64,000 nt of DNA from Gemmatimonadota bacterium (GTDB lineage Bacteria; Gemmatimonadota; Gemmatimonadetes; Palauibacterales; Palauibacteraceae). Positions 57,008 to 64,000 of the stretch are shown here, piece by piece. How positions within the stretch are numbered: the first letter of the stretch is position 1; the number at the start of each line of letters is the position of its first letter. Made by a program: the position numbers and the translations under genes. The stretch covers positions 2,336,001 through 2,400,000 of the forward strand of contig OY762926.1 in NCBI GenBank assembly GCA_963666735.1, given 5' to 3'. The notes beneath the pieces were generated by a model. That model had not been told where the DNA came from and did no database searches. It saw only the letters and a program-made list of their open reading frames with translations.

Positions 57008-58096
57008 TCAGGCGCCGCTCGCGGAACGAAGCCGCATCAGCGTGCCCTTCCGTTCCATGCTCTCATGGGCCAGTTCGCGCTCGAAATCCGGGGCATCCGG
57101 GCCCAGGCGCGCGATCTGCACGAGAACGAGTTCGAGATCCCGCAACAGGGCGCGCTCCCTCTGGCCCTGCGCCCCCGGCGTGTCGAGCAGGGAACGGGTC
57201 TCGACCAGGAACTCGCGCGCCCACCTGGCCAGGTCGCTCTGCGATTCGTCGCTCCCGCTGTCCGTCCGGAACGCCACGAGCAGGGCCTGGGTCCGGTCGA
57301 GGTGGCGGGACATGCGGGACATGTCGTACTCGCCGGCCGCGGAGCGCGGCGCGGGGAGCCCGACGGGTCGCTGTGAGGGCGAGCTGACGGCGGCGCGAAC
57401 GGGCGGATCCGCTTCGGGTCGGCGCGTCGTCTCCCCGGGGGCCGGATCGACGGCCGGCGGCGGAGCGGCGATCGCGAACCGGCGGCTCGTCTCCAGGGGG
57501 TCCCCGACGCGGGAAGGCGCCGGCGCCTCCTCCGCGGCCGTTGGAGCGAGGGGCCCGTAGTCGGCCGGCGCGACCGAGGCCGGCGTCGCCGCCGCGATCG
57601 TCGCGGGTTCCGCAGGCTCCGGTAGCTGCGCACCGCCGTCGAGCGCCACGGCCAGCGCAACCGAAGCGGCCGCGGCTCCCGTCAGCCATACCACCGTGCG
57701 GCCGGGCCGCCGCCCGAACGCACGGGCCACGACAAGCCGGAGCGGGCCGCGCGTCGCCTCGCGCGCGCCGGGGGTCTCCGGCTGCCGCGCGACCCAACCG
57801 GCCTCGATTCGCTCCCACATCGCCTCGCGCGGCGCGGGCGGCGGGTCGTGGTAGCCCAGCGCGTCGAAGGGGTGATCCAACGGGAGACCGACCGCGCCTC
57901 CGACGCCGGCCGCGACGCCCGTCATCTCCGGCGCCTCGATCGAATCGGGCACCGGTGCCGCGCCCAGCCGCGTCTCGATCTCGGCCCACATCGCCTCGGC
58001 CGGAGGCTCCGGCGGGTCGTGGTAGCCGGCCGCCTCCCGGCGGACGAACCGGGCAAAGCGGCTCGCGTCGTCCATGCGATCCTTCAGCATGCCCAT
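57008..58096 (-). CDS. Putative anti-sigma factor (single TM)
   Basis: Overlaps ECF sigma stop; duplicated GYHDPP..P.EAMW..IE motif; TM WLTGAAAASVALAVAL; C-terminal LLRDLELVLVQIA. Confidence 0.65.
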   Translation of the reverse strand: MGMLKDRMDDASRFARFVRREAAGYHDPPEPPAEAMWAEIETRLGAAPVPDSIEAPEMTGVAAGVGGAVGLPLDHPFDALGYHDPPPAPREAMWERIEAGWVARQPETPGAREATRGPLRLVVARAFGRRPGRTVVWLTGAAAASVALAVALDGGAQLPEPAEPATIAAATPASVAPADYGPLAPTAAEEAPAPSRVGDPLETSRRFAIAAPPPAVDPAPGETTRRPEADPPVRAAVSSPSQRPVGLPAPRSAAGEYDMSRMSRHLDRTQALLVAFRTDSGSDESQSDLARWAREFLVETRSLLDTPGAQGQRERALLRDLELVLVQIARLGPDAPDFERELAHESMERKGTLMRLRSASGA

Positions 58097-58626
58097 TCTC
58101 CTGCGAAATCCGCGAGTTTCTCCCGCAGGCGGCCGCGGGCCCGAAAAAGTTGCGACTTGGATGTCCCGGACTTGATCCCGAGCATCGCCCCGATCTCCTC
58201 GTGCGTGTAGCCCTCGAGATCGTGCAGCAGAAAGACCGTTCGATAGCCCGCAGGAAGTTCGTCGATCGCGCGGTGCAGGCGCTCCTTGACATCGGGTTCG
58301 AGGCGGTCCGGGCCGCCGGTCGAGCGGAGATCCTCGTGCAGCGCGGTCTCGCGGTTGCGAAAGCGCTTGACCTTGCGGAGCCCGTTCAGCGACACCGTCG
58401 TCGCGATCGATCCGAGCCACGTCCCGAACGCGGCCTCGCCGCGAAACGTGTCGATCTTCGTGAACGCCCGCACGAACGTCTCCTGCGTGAAATCCTGGGC
58501 GAGATGGTCCTCGCCGGCGAACCGGTAGCATATCCGGAACACCCGGTCGACGTGCGCATCGTACAACGCGCGCGCCGCGTCCTCGTCTCCGTCCCTGAGC
58601 CGCTGAATGAGTTGCGGTTCCGTCAC
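58084..58626 (-). CDS. ECF sigma-70 factor
   Basis: AQDFTQETFVRAF…FRGEAAFGTWL (region 2); LHDLEGYTHEEIGAMLGIKSGTSKSQLFRAR (region 4). Confidence 0.93.
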   Translation of the reverse strand: MTEPQLIQRLRDGDEDAARALYDAHVDRVFRICYRFAGEDHLAQDFTQETFVRAFTKIDTFRGEAAFGTWLGSIATTVSLNGLRKVKRFRNRETALHEDLRSTGGPDRLEPDVKERLHRAIDELPAGYRTVFLLHDLEGYTHEEIGAMLGIKSGTSKSQLFRARGRLREKLADFAGEWAC

Positions 58627-58684
58627 CGTGCCGGGGTCTCCGGGTACACGCCGGTTCTTCCGCTTCTTCTGCTTCTGGATCGGT

Positions 58685-58710
58685 GACACAGGCAACTGGG
58701 GATTGGTTGC
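58685..58710 (-). promoter_or_regulatory. ECF-type promoter upstream of the sigma gene
   Basis: Minus strand GCAACC-N16-TGTC (AAC-N17-TGT). Confidence 0.55.
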
Positions 58711-58865
58711 GCGGGAATCCGGCGGGCCGCCGGAGGAGGAAACGACGGGCGGACCCGGAGGACGACCGCACCGCGGCGGCGATGCGCCGCGGCCGGTCGG
58801 CCGGAGGCGGGGTTCCGGGAGCGGCCGAGGCTCCCGGCCGGGCGGCGAGCGCCCGAATCCGCTAC

Positions 58866-60083
58866 TCAGGCGACGGCGACGGCCGCCCCCCGCACCACCT
58901 CGGCGATGTGTTCCAGCGCCCATTCGAGGCTGGCCTTTTCGATCGTGAGCGGAGGCGCGAACCGGATCACCTGCTCGTGCGTCTCCTTGGCGAGGATCCC
59001 GCGCGCCTGCAGTTCCTCGCAGAACGGACGCGCCGATCCGGACTCGTCCCGGATCACGACGCCGATGAACAGGCCGCGGCCCCGCACATGGTCCACATGC
59101 GGAGAATCGATCGATTCCAGTTCCCGCTTGAACCAGGAGCCCAGTTCGTTCGACCGCCCGGCGAGATCTTCATCCCGTATCACGTCGAGCGCCGCCATGC
59201 CGACCGCCGCGCCCAGCGGATTTCCGCCGAACGTCGAGCCGTGGTCTCCCGGATGGAAGACGTCCATGATCTCCGAGTTCGCGAGGATCCCGGAAACGGG
59301 GAACACCCCCCCTCCGAGCGCCTTGCCGACGATCATGATGTCGCCCCGGTCCGCCTCCCAGTCGGCGCAGAACAGCTTGCCGGTTCGCCCGAGACCCGTC
59401 TGGATCTCGTCGTTGATCATGAGGACGTTGTTCGCGCGGCAGATCTCCAGCGCCCGCGCGTAGTAACCATTGGGCGGCACCACGACGCCCGCCTCACCCT
59501 GGATCGGCTCGACGAGAAAGCCGACGGTGTTCGGCGTAATCGCCGCCTCGAGCGCGTCCGCATCCCCGTAGGGAATCGGCACGAAGCCCGGCGTGAAGGG
59601 GCCGAACCCGGACGTGGATCCCTCGTCCGAGGAAAAGCCCACGATCGTCGTCGTCCGGCCGTGGAAATTGTCCTCGCAGACGATGATTTCCGCCTGGTTT
59701 TTCGCCACGCCCTTCACCGTGTAGCCCCACTTGCGGGCCGCCTTGATCGCCGTCTCCACGCCCTCGGCGCCGGTGTTCATCGGCAGCGCGCGCTCGAACC
59801 CCGTCATCTCGCACAGCTTCTGGAGGAACGGACCCATGCGGTCGTTGTGGAAGGCGCGCGACGTGAGCGTGAGCTTCTCCGCCTGCGCGCGCAGCGCCTC
59901 GATGATGCGGGGATGACGGTGTCCCTGGTTCACGGCGGAATAGGCGCTCAGCATGTCGAGGTACCTTCTGCCCTCGACGTCCCACACCCACTCGCCTTCG
60001 CCACGATCGAGCACGACGGGAAGCGGATGGTAGTTCTGGGCGCTCCACTGGTCGACCTGAGAGATGTAATCGCTGGTGTTCAT
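58866..60083 (-). CDS. rocD: Ornithine--oxo-acid aminotransferase
   Basis: NYHPLPVV, DMLSAYSAVNQGH, LTLTSRAF, EPIQGEAG, DEIQTGLGRTG, HGSTFGGNP. Confidence 0.93.
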   Translation of the reverse strand: MNTSDYISQVDQWSAQNYHPLPVVLDRGEGEWVWDVEGRRYLDMLSAYSAVNQGHRHPRIIEALRAQAEKLTLTSRAFHNDRMGPFLQKLCEMTGFERALPMNTGAEGVETAIKAARKWGYTVKGVAKNQAEIIVCEDNFHGRTTTIVGFSSDEGSTSGFGPFTPGFVPIPYGDADALEAAITPNTVGFLVEPIQGEAGVVVPPNGYYARALEICRANNVLMINDEIQTGLGRTGKLFCADWEADRGDIMIVGKALGGGVFPVSGILANSEIMDVFHPGDHGSTFGGNPLGAAVGMAALDVIRDEDLAGRSNELGSWFKRELESIDSPHVDHVRGRGLFIGVVIRDESGSARPFCEELQARGILAKETHEQVIRFAPPLTIEKASLEWALEHIAEVVRGAAVAVA

Positions 60084-60290
60084 CGCTTCCTCACTGAGCT
60101 GCCGAGATTGAGCCATCGAGATTGCGGCCGAGACCGAGCTGCCGAGCGATCTCGACCACGGGTTGATACGGGTCTGGGCCGGATTGAACCGGACCTGAGA
60201 GAATAGACGAAAACCCCACGCCCGACAAGGTGATTCGGGCGCGTGTCCCCATCGGTCCCCGTCCCTGTCGCAGGCTGCTACCTTGGGCGC

Positions 60291-61775
60291 ATGAGCGACG
60301 CCTCCGTCATCCCCGACCTTGCCGAATTCTCCCGCCTCGCCGAGCCCGGCCGGATGGTGCCCGTGGCCATCGAGATCCCGTTCGACCTCGACACTCCGGT
60401 CACGGCGTTCTCGAAGCTCCGACGCGGCCCGTTCTCCTTCCTGCTCGAGTCGGTGGAGGGCGGGGAACGCTGGGCGCGATTCAGCTTCTTCGGCTCGGAG
60501 CCCCGGGAAGCGTGGCGACTCGACGGGTCGGAGATCCGGCTCTGGACGCCCTCGGGAGGCTGGGGCGAGCCCGAGACGACGAGCGATCCGTTCAGCGCCT
60601 TCGATGCGTGGATCAACCGTTACGAACCGGTCGAACTCCCCGCCCTGCCGCGGTTCTGGGGCGGGGCCGTCGGATTCTTCGGCTACGATACGGTACGCTG
60701 GCTCGAGCGGTTGCCCGCGGCGCCGCCCGACGACCTCGGCGTGCCCGACGCCTGCTTCATGTCGACGGAGCACATGCTCATCATCGACAACCTCTATTCG
60801 CGGGCCGTCGCCGTGGCGGCCGTGCCGGTCACGCCCGACGACGACCCGGCCGAACTGTACGGGAAGGCCGTGGACCGACTCATCGACTGGGTTCGCGGCC
60901 TCGAGAGACCGCACGGGCTGGGGCCGATGGGCGGCGGCGGGGCGCGCACCACGGAGGTGGCCGGAAACCGCTCGCGGGAGGACTACGAGGCGGCCGTCGA
61001 GCGGATCCGCGAGTACATCGTGGCGGGCGACGCGTACCAGGTCGTCGTCTCGCAGCGCGCCGGCGCCCGTTTCGGGGGCGACCCCCTCGAGCTCTACCGC
61101 GCACTCCGGCGCAGCAACCCGTCGCCCTATCTCTTCTTCATCGAACTGGACGGCATGCGCCTCATCGGCTCTTCCCCCGAGACCCTCGTCCGCGTCGAAG
61201 ACGGGATCGTGACCGTACGCCCGATCGCCGGGACGCGACCGCGCGGGGCCACGCCGCGGGAGGACGAGCGGCACGCGCGCGAGCTGCTCGCCGACGAGAA
61301 GGAGCGGGCGGAACACCTCATGCTCGTGGATCTCGGCCGCAACGATGTGAGCCGGGTCGCCCGGCCCGGCTCCGTCGAGGTGTCGCGCTTCATGGAGACC
61401 GAGCGCTACAGCCACGTCATGCACCTCGTGAGCGAGGTGGCGGGGTCGCTGAAGGACGGAGCCGACGCCGTCGACGCGTTCCAGGCGTGCTTCCCCGCCG
61501 GCACGCTGACCGGCGCCCCGAAGGTGCGCGCGATGGAGATTCTGGACGAACTCGAGCCGACCCGGCGCGGGCCGTACGGCGGGGCGGCGGGTTACGTGGG
61601 CTACGGCGCGACGAGCCTCGACATGGCCATCGTGATCCGGACGCTGCTCTCCGTCGGCGACCGCGTGTACGCGCAGGCCGGGGCGGGGGTCGTGTACGAC
61701 TCGGAACCGGCGCGCGAATGGGAAGAGACCCGCCACAAGGCCCGCGTGCTACTCGAGGCGCTGGAAAAAGTCTAG
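60291..61775 (+). CDS. trpE: Anthranilate synthase component I
   Basis: FLLESVEGGERWARFS, NPSPY, RPIAGTRPRG, AEHLMLVDLGRND, GTLTGAPKVRAM. Confidence 0.92.
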   Translation: MSDASVIPDLAEFSRLAEPGRMVPVAIEIPFDLDTPVTAFSKLRRGPFSFLLESVEGGERWARFSFFGSEPREAWRLDGSEIRLWTPSGGWGEPETTSDPFSAFDAWINRYEPVELPALPRFWGGAVGFFGYDTVRWLERLPAAPPDDLGVPDACFMSTEHMLIIDNLYSRAVAVAAVPVTPDDDPAELYGKAVDRLIDWVRGLERPHGLGPMGGGGARTTEVAGNRSREDYEAAVERIREYIVAGDAYQVVVSQRAGARFGGDPLELYRALRRSNPSPYLFFIELDGMRLIGSSPETLVRVEDGIVTVRPIAGTRPRGATPREDERHARELLADEKERAEHLMLVDLGRNDVSRVARPGSVEVSRFMETERYSHVMHLVSEVAGSLKDGADAVDAFQACFPAGTLTGAPKVRAMEILDELEPTRRGPYGGAAGYVGYGATSLDMAIVIRTLLSVGDRVYAQAGAGVVYDSEPAREWEETRHKARVLLEALEKV

Positions 61776-61801
61776 CCGCCCCCGCTCACGGCCCCGGACG
61801 G

Positions 61802-62179
61802 TCACATCCGGGCGAGACGTTCCTCGCGGGCCACGATGGGGTCGATCTGGGCGGCGTACTCCTTGGCGTACGCGAGGGCTTCCTCGAGCGCCTCCGTCCG
61901 CGTACCCGCGAAGCGCTGGCCCACGGCGGCGCTCATCGCACGGCCCGGCCCGGCCGCCGCCGCGACCTCCCACACCTCCGGCCCCCCGCGCAACGCCGCC
62001 CGCCTGCCCGCCCGCGTCTCCCGGAACTCGATCTGCGGGAATCTCTCCGCCGCGAGCCACTCCAGGAGAATCCGCCTCAGTCCCTGGGATGGAGTCCATT
62101 GCTGCTCGAGGAACACGCGTTCGAGTTCCGACTCGACCTCGCGCGAGACGCGCGTGCAGAGAGGACGGGGCAAAGGCAT
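61802..62179 (-). CDS. Orphan antitoxin-like DNA-binding protein (RHH-like N-terminus + DUF433-like part)
   Basis: FPQIEFRETRAGRRAALRGGPEVWEV…ALAYAKEY..ID; palindrome ATGTATACAT over the start (62178-62187). Confidence 0.55.
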   Translation of the reverse strand: MPLPRPLCTRVSREVESELERVFLEQQWTPSQGLRRILLEWLAAERFPQIEFRETRAGRRAALRGGPEVWEVAAAAGPGRAMSAAVGQRFAGTRTEALEEALAYAKEYAAQIDPIVAREERLARM

Positions 62180-62251
62180 GTATACATAGTATACCATCCA
62201 CCGAAGACATGCCAGGCGGCATGGCCCCGCGGGCTTGGCAGCGAAGCGCGA

Positions 62252-62280
62252 TGTAACCCTTTCCCCGTTTGCGGCGTCTA
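62252..62280 (+). promoter_or_regulatory. ECF-type promoter upstream of the VWA gene
   Basis: TGTAACC-N16-CGTCTA (AAC-N17-CGT) about 80 bp upstream of ATG 62361. Confidence 0.65.
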
Positions 62281-62360
62281 CGGGTGTGTCGCCGGACGCT
62301 CGCTGTTCGTCGCAGGAGCGCGGCAGCGGCCTTCGGCCCAGGGAAGGAAACGAGGCGACC

Positions 62361-64000
62361 ATGAACATTCGCGGAATCCCGGCGCGCGTCGGCACCCTGT
62401 TGGCCCTGATCCTCGCGGTCGCGGACCCGGCCCCGTCTCACGCCCAATCGGAGACGGGAACCGTGCGGGGGAAGGTGCTCGCTGCGACGGCCAACGTCGG
62501 AGTCGCTGGAGCCCAGGTCTTCCTGGCGGGGACGACGGTCGGCACGCTGACCGATGCGGAGGGCGGGTATTCCCTCTCGGGCGTGCCGGCGGGAGAGCGG
62601 GTCGTGACGGTCCGGTTGATCGGCTACCGGGAGACCAGCCGGCCGGTCACCGTGGCGGCGGGGCAGACGGTCACGCTGGACTTCACGGTCGAGCGGACGG
62701 CGGTGCGGAGAGAGGAGACCATCGTGACGGGGGTGGCCGCGGCGACCCCCGAGGCCGCGCCGCCCTTCACCGTGCTGCGAGGACCCTCGTCGATTAGCGC
62801 TTCCGCCAGGGCGATGTCTCTGGCGCGCCCGTTCCACAACACCGGCCACAACACCGAGTCGTACGCCCCCATCGAGGAGAACGACTTCCGGCTCGTGAGC
62901 GCGTCGCCGCTCTCCACCTTTTCGATCGACGTCGACCGCGCATCCTACGCCAACGTCCGGCGCTTCATCCAGGCGGGAGAGCGTCCGCCCACCGATGCGG
63001 TGCGAATCGAAGAGATGATCAACTACTTCCCCTACGAATGGGATGTCGAGGCGGGCGACCACCCCTTCCAGCTCCTCACCGAGGTGTGGGATGCGCCGTG
63101 GAGGACGGAGCACCGGCTCGTTCGCATCGGACTCCGGGCCCCCTCCATCGACACGGAGAACCTGCCGCCGAGCAACCTGGTCTTCCTGTTCGACGTGTCG
63201 GGGTCCATGAACTGGCCGGACAAGCTGCCCCTGCTGAAGAAGGCGTTCGCCCTCCTCGTCGACCAACTGAGGCCGCAGGACCGGGTTGCGATCGTCGTCT
63301 ACGCGGGAGCCGCGGGTCTCGTCCTCCCCTCGACGCCGGGCAACCGGCGCGGGAAGATCCTCGAGGCGGTGGAGCGGCTGGAGGCCGGAGGGAGTACGGC
63401 GGGCGGGGCCGGGATCGCCCTCGCCTACGACGTGGCGCGGAAGCATTTCATCGAGGGCGGGAACAACCGCGTGATCCTGGCGACGGACGGCGACTTCAAC
63501 GTGGGCGCTTCCAGCGACGGCGAGATGGTGCGGCTCATCGAGGAGGAACGCGACAGCGGGATCTTCCTCACGGTCCTCGGCTTCGGCACCGGGAACCTGA
63601 AGGACTCGAAGATGGAGCAGATCGCGGACCGCGGGAACGGCAACTTCCACTACGTCGACGGCCTCCTTGAAGCGCGGAAGGTGCTCGTGGAGGAGATGGG
63701 GGGGACGCTGTTCACGGTCGCGAAGGACGTGAAGCTGCAGGTGGAGTTCAACCCCGCGCGGGCCGCCGCATACCGGCTGATCGGGTACGAAAACCGGCTG
63801 CTTGCCGACGAGGATTTCAACGACGACACGAAGGACGCGGGCGAACTCGGCGCCGGACACACGGTGACCGCGCTGTATGAGGTCGTGCCCGCGGGTCTCC
63901 CGGTCCCCCGCAGCGTGGATCCGTTGCGGTACGAGTCCACCGCCGGCCCGCAGCTATCGGTTGAAACGCCTCCGGGTGCGTTCGAGGACGAACTGCTCTA
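62361..64000 (+). CDS. Exported VWA-domain protein (YfbK-like) with N-terminal carboxypeptidase-regulatory-like domain; runs off window end
   Basis: Open frame from ATG 62361, absent from ORF track; signal peptide; GTLTDAEGGYS; STFSIDVDRASY, DVSGSM MIDAS, LATDGDFNVG, YRLIGYENR. Confidence 0.88.
   Translation, partial: MNIRGIPARVGTLLALILAVADPAPSHAQSETGTVRGKVLAATANVGVAGAQVFLAGTTVGTLTDAEGGYSLSGVPAGERVVTVRLIGYRETSRPVTVAAGQTVTLDFTVERTAVRREETIVTGVAAATPEAAPPFTVLRGPSSISASARAMSLARPFHNTGHNTESYAPIEENDFRLVSASPLSTFSIDVDRASYANVRRFIQAGERPPTDAVRIEEMINYFPYEWDVEAGDHPFQLLTEVWDAPWRTEHRLVRIGLRAPSIDTENLPPSNLVFLFDVSGSMNWPDKLPLLKKAFALLVDQLRPQDRVAIVVYAGAAGLVLPSTPGNRRGKILEAVERLEAGGSTAGGAGIALAYDVARKHFIEGGNNRVILATDGDFNVGASSDGEMVRLIEEERDSGIFLTVLGFGTGNLKDSKMEQIADRGNGNFHYVDGLLEARKVLVEEMGGTLFTVAKDVKLQVEFNPARAAAYRLIGYENRLLADEDFNDDTKDAGELGAGHTVTALYEVVPAGLPVPRSVDPLRYESTAGPQLSVETPPGAFEDELL

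Overview
GC-rich bacterial chromosomal window. The gene content (arrays of lipoprotein beta-propellers, many Tat/lipoprotein exports, ECF-anti-sigma-HEAT module) suggests Gemmatimonadota, possibly a sponge-associated Palauibacter-like lineage; this is inference only. Housekeeping and metabolic genes: carB, argG-argH-argR with an ARG box, rocD, trpE, dinB, two S9 peptidases, a kinase-M23-aminotransferase triple fusion, a Tat-exported GMC oxidoreductase/TIM-barrel sugar cluster and two divergent Npt/TLC-like MFS paralogs. Accessory features: (i) an intact IS1202-family element with a 17-bp target duplication; (ii) a lipoprotein peroxiredoxin-like gene split by an in-frame TGA in a UxxC motif with a SECIS-like hairpin, i.e. 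a probable selenoprotein that the ORF track misses; (iii) six toxin-antitoxin-type loci, several of them decayed; (iv) a ~14.6-kb co-directional block of ECF sigma, anti-sigma, HEAT/TPR protein, seven tandem beta-propeller (lipo)proteins and a DUF2723/TMEM260-like glycosyltransferase, with matching ECF-type promoters upstream of the sigma gene and of a nearby VWA gene; (v) frequent short tandem duplications, often at gene junctions. No rRNA, tRNA or CRISPR array was seen. All family calls come from motif recognition by eye, not database searches.
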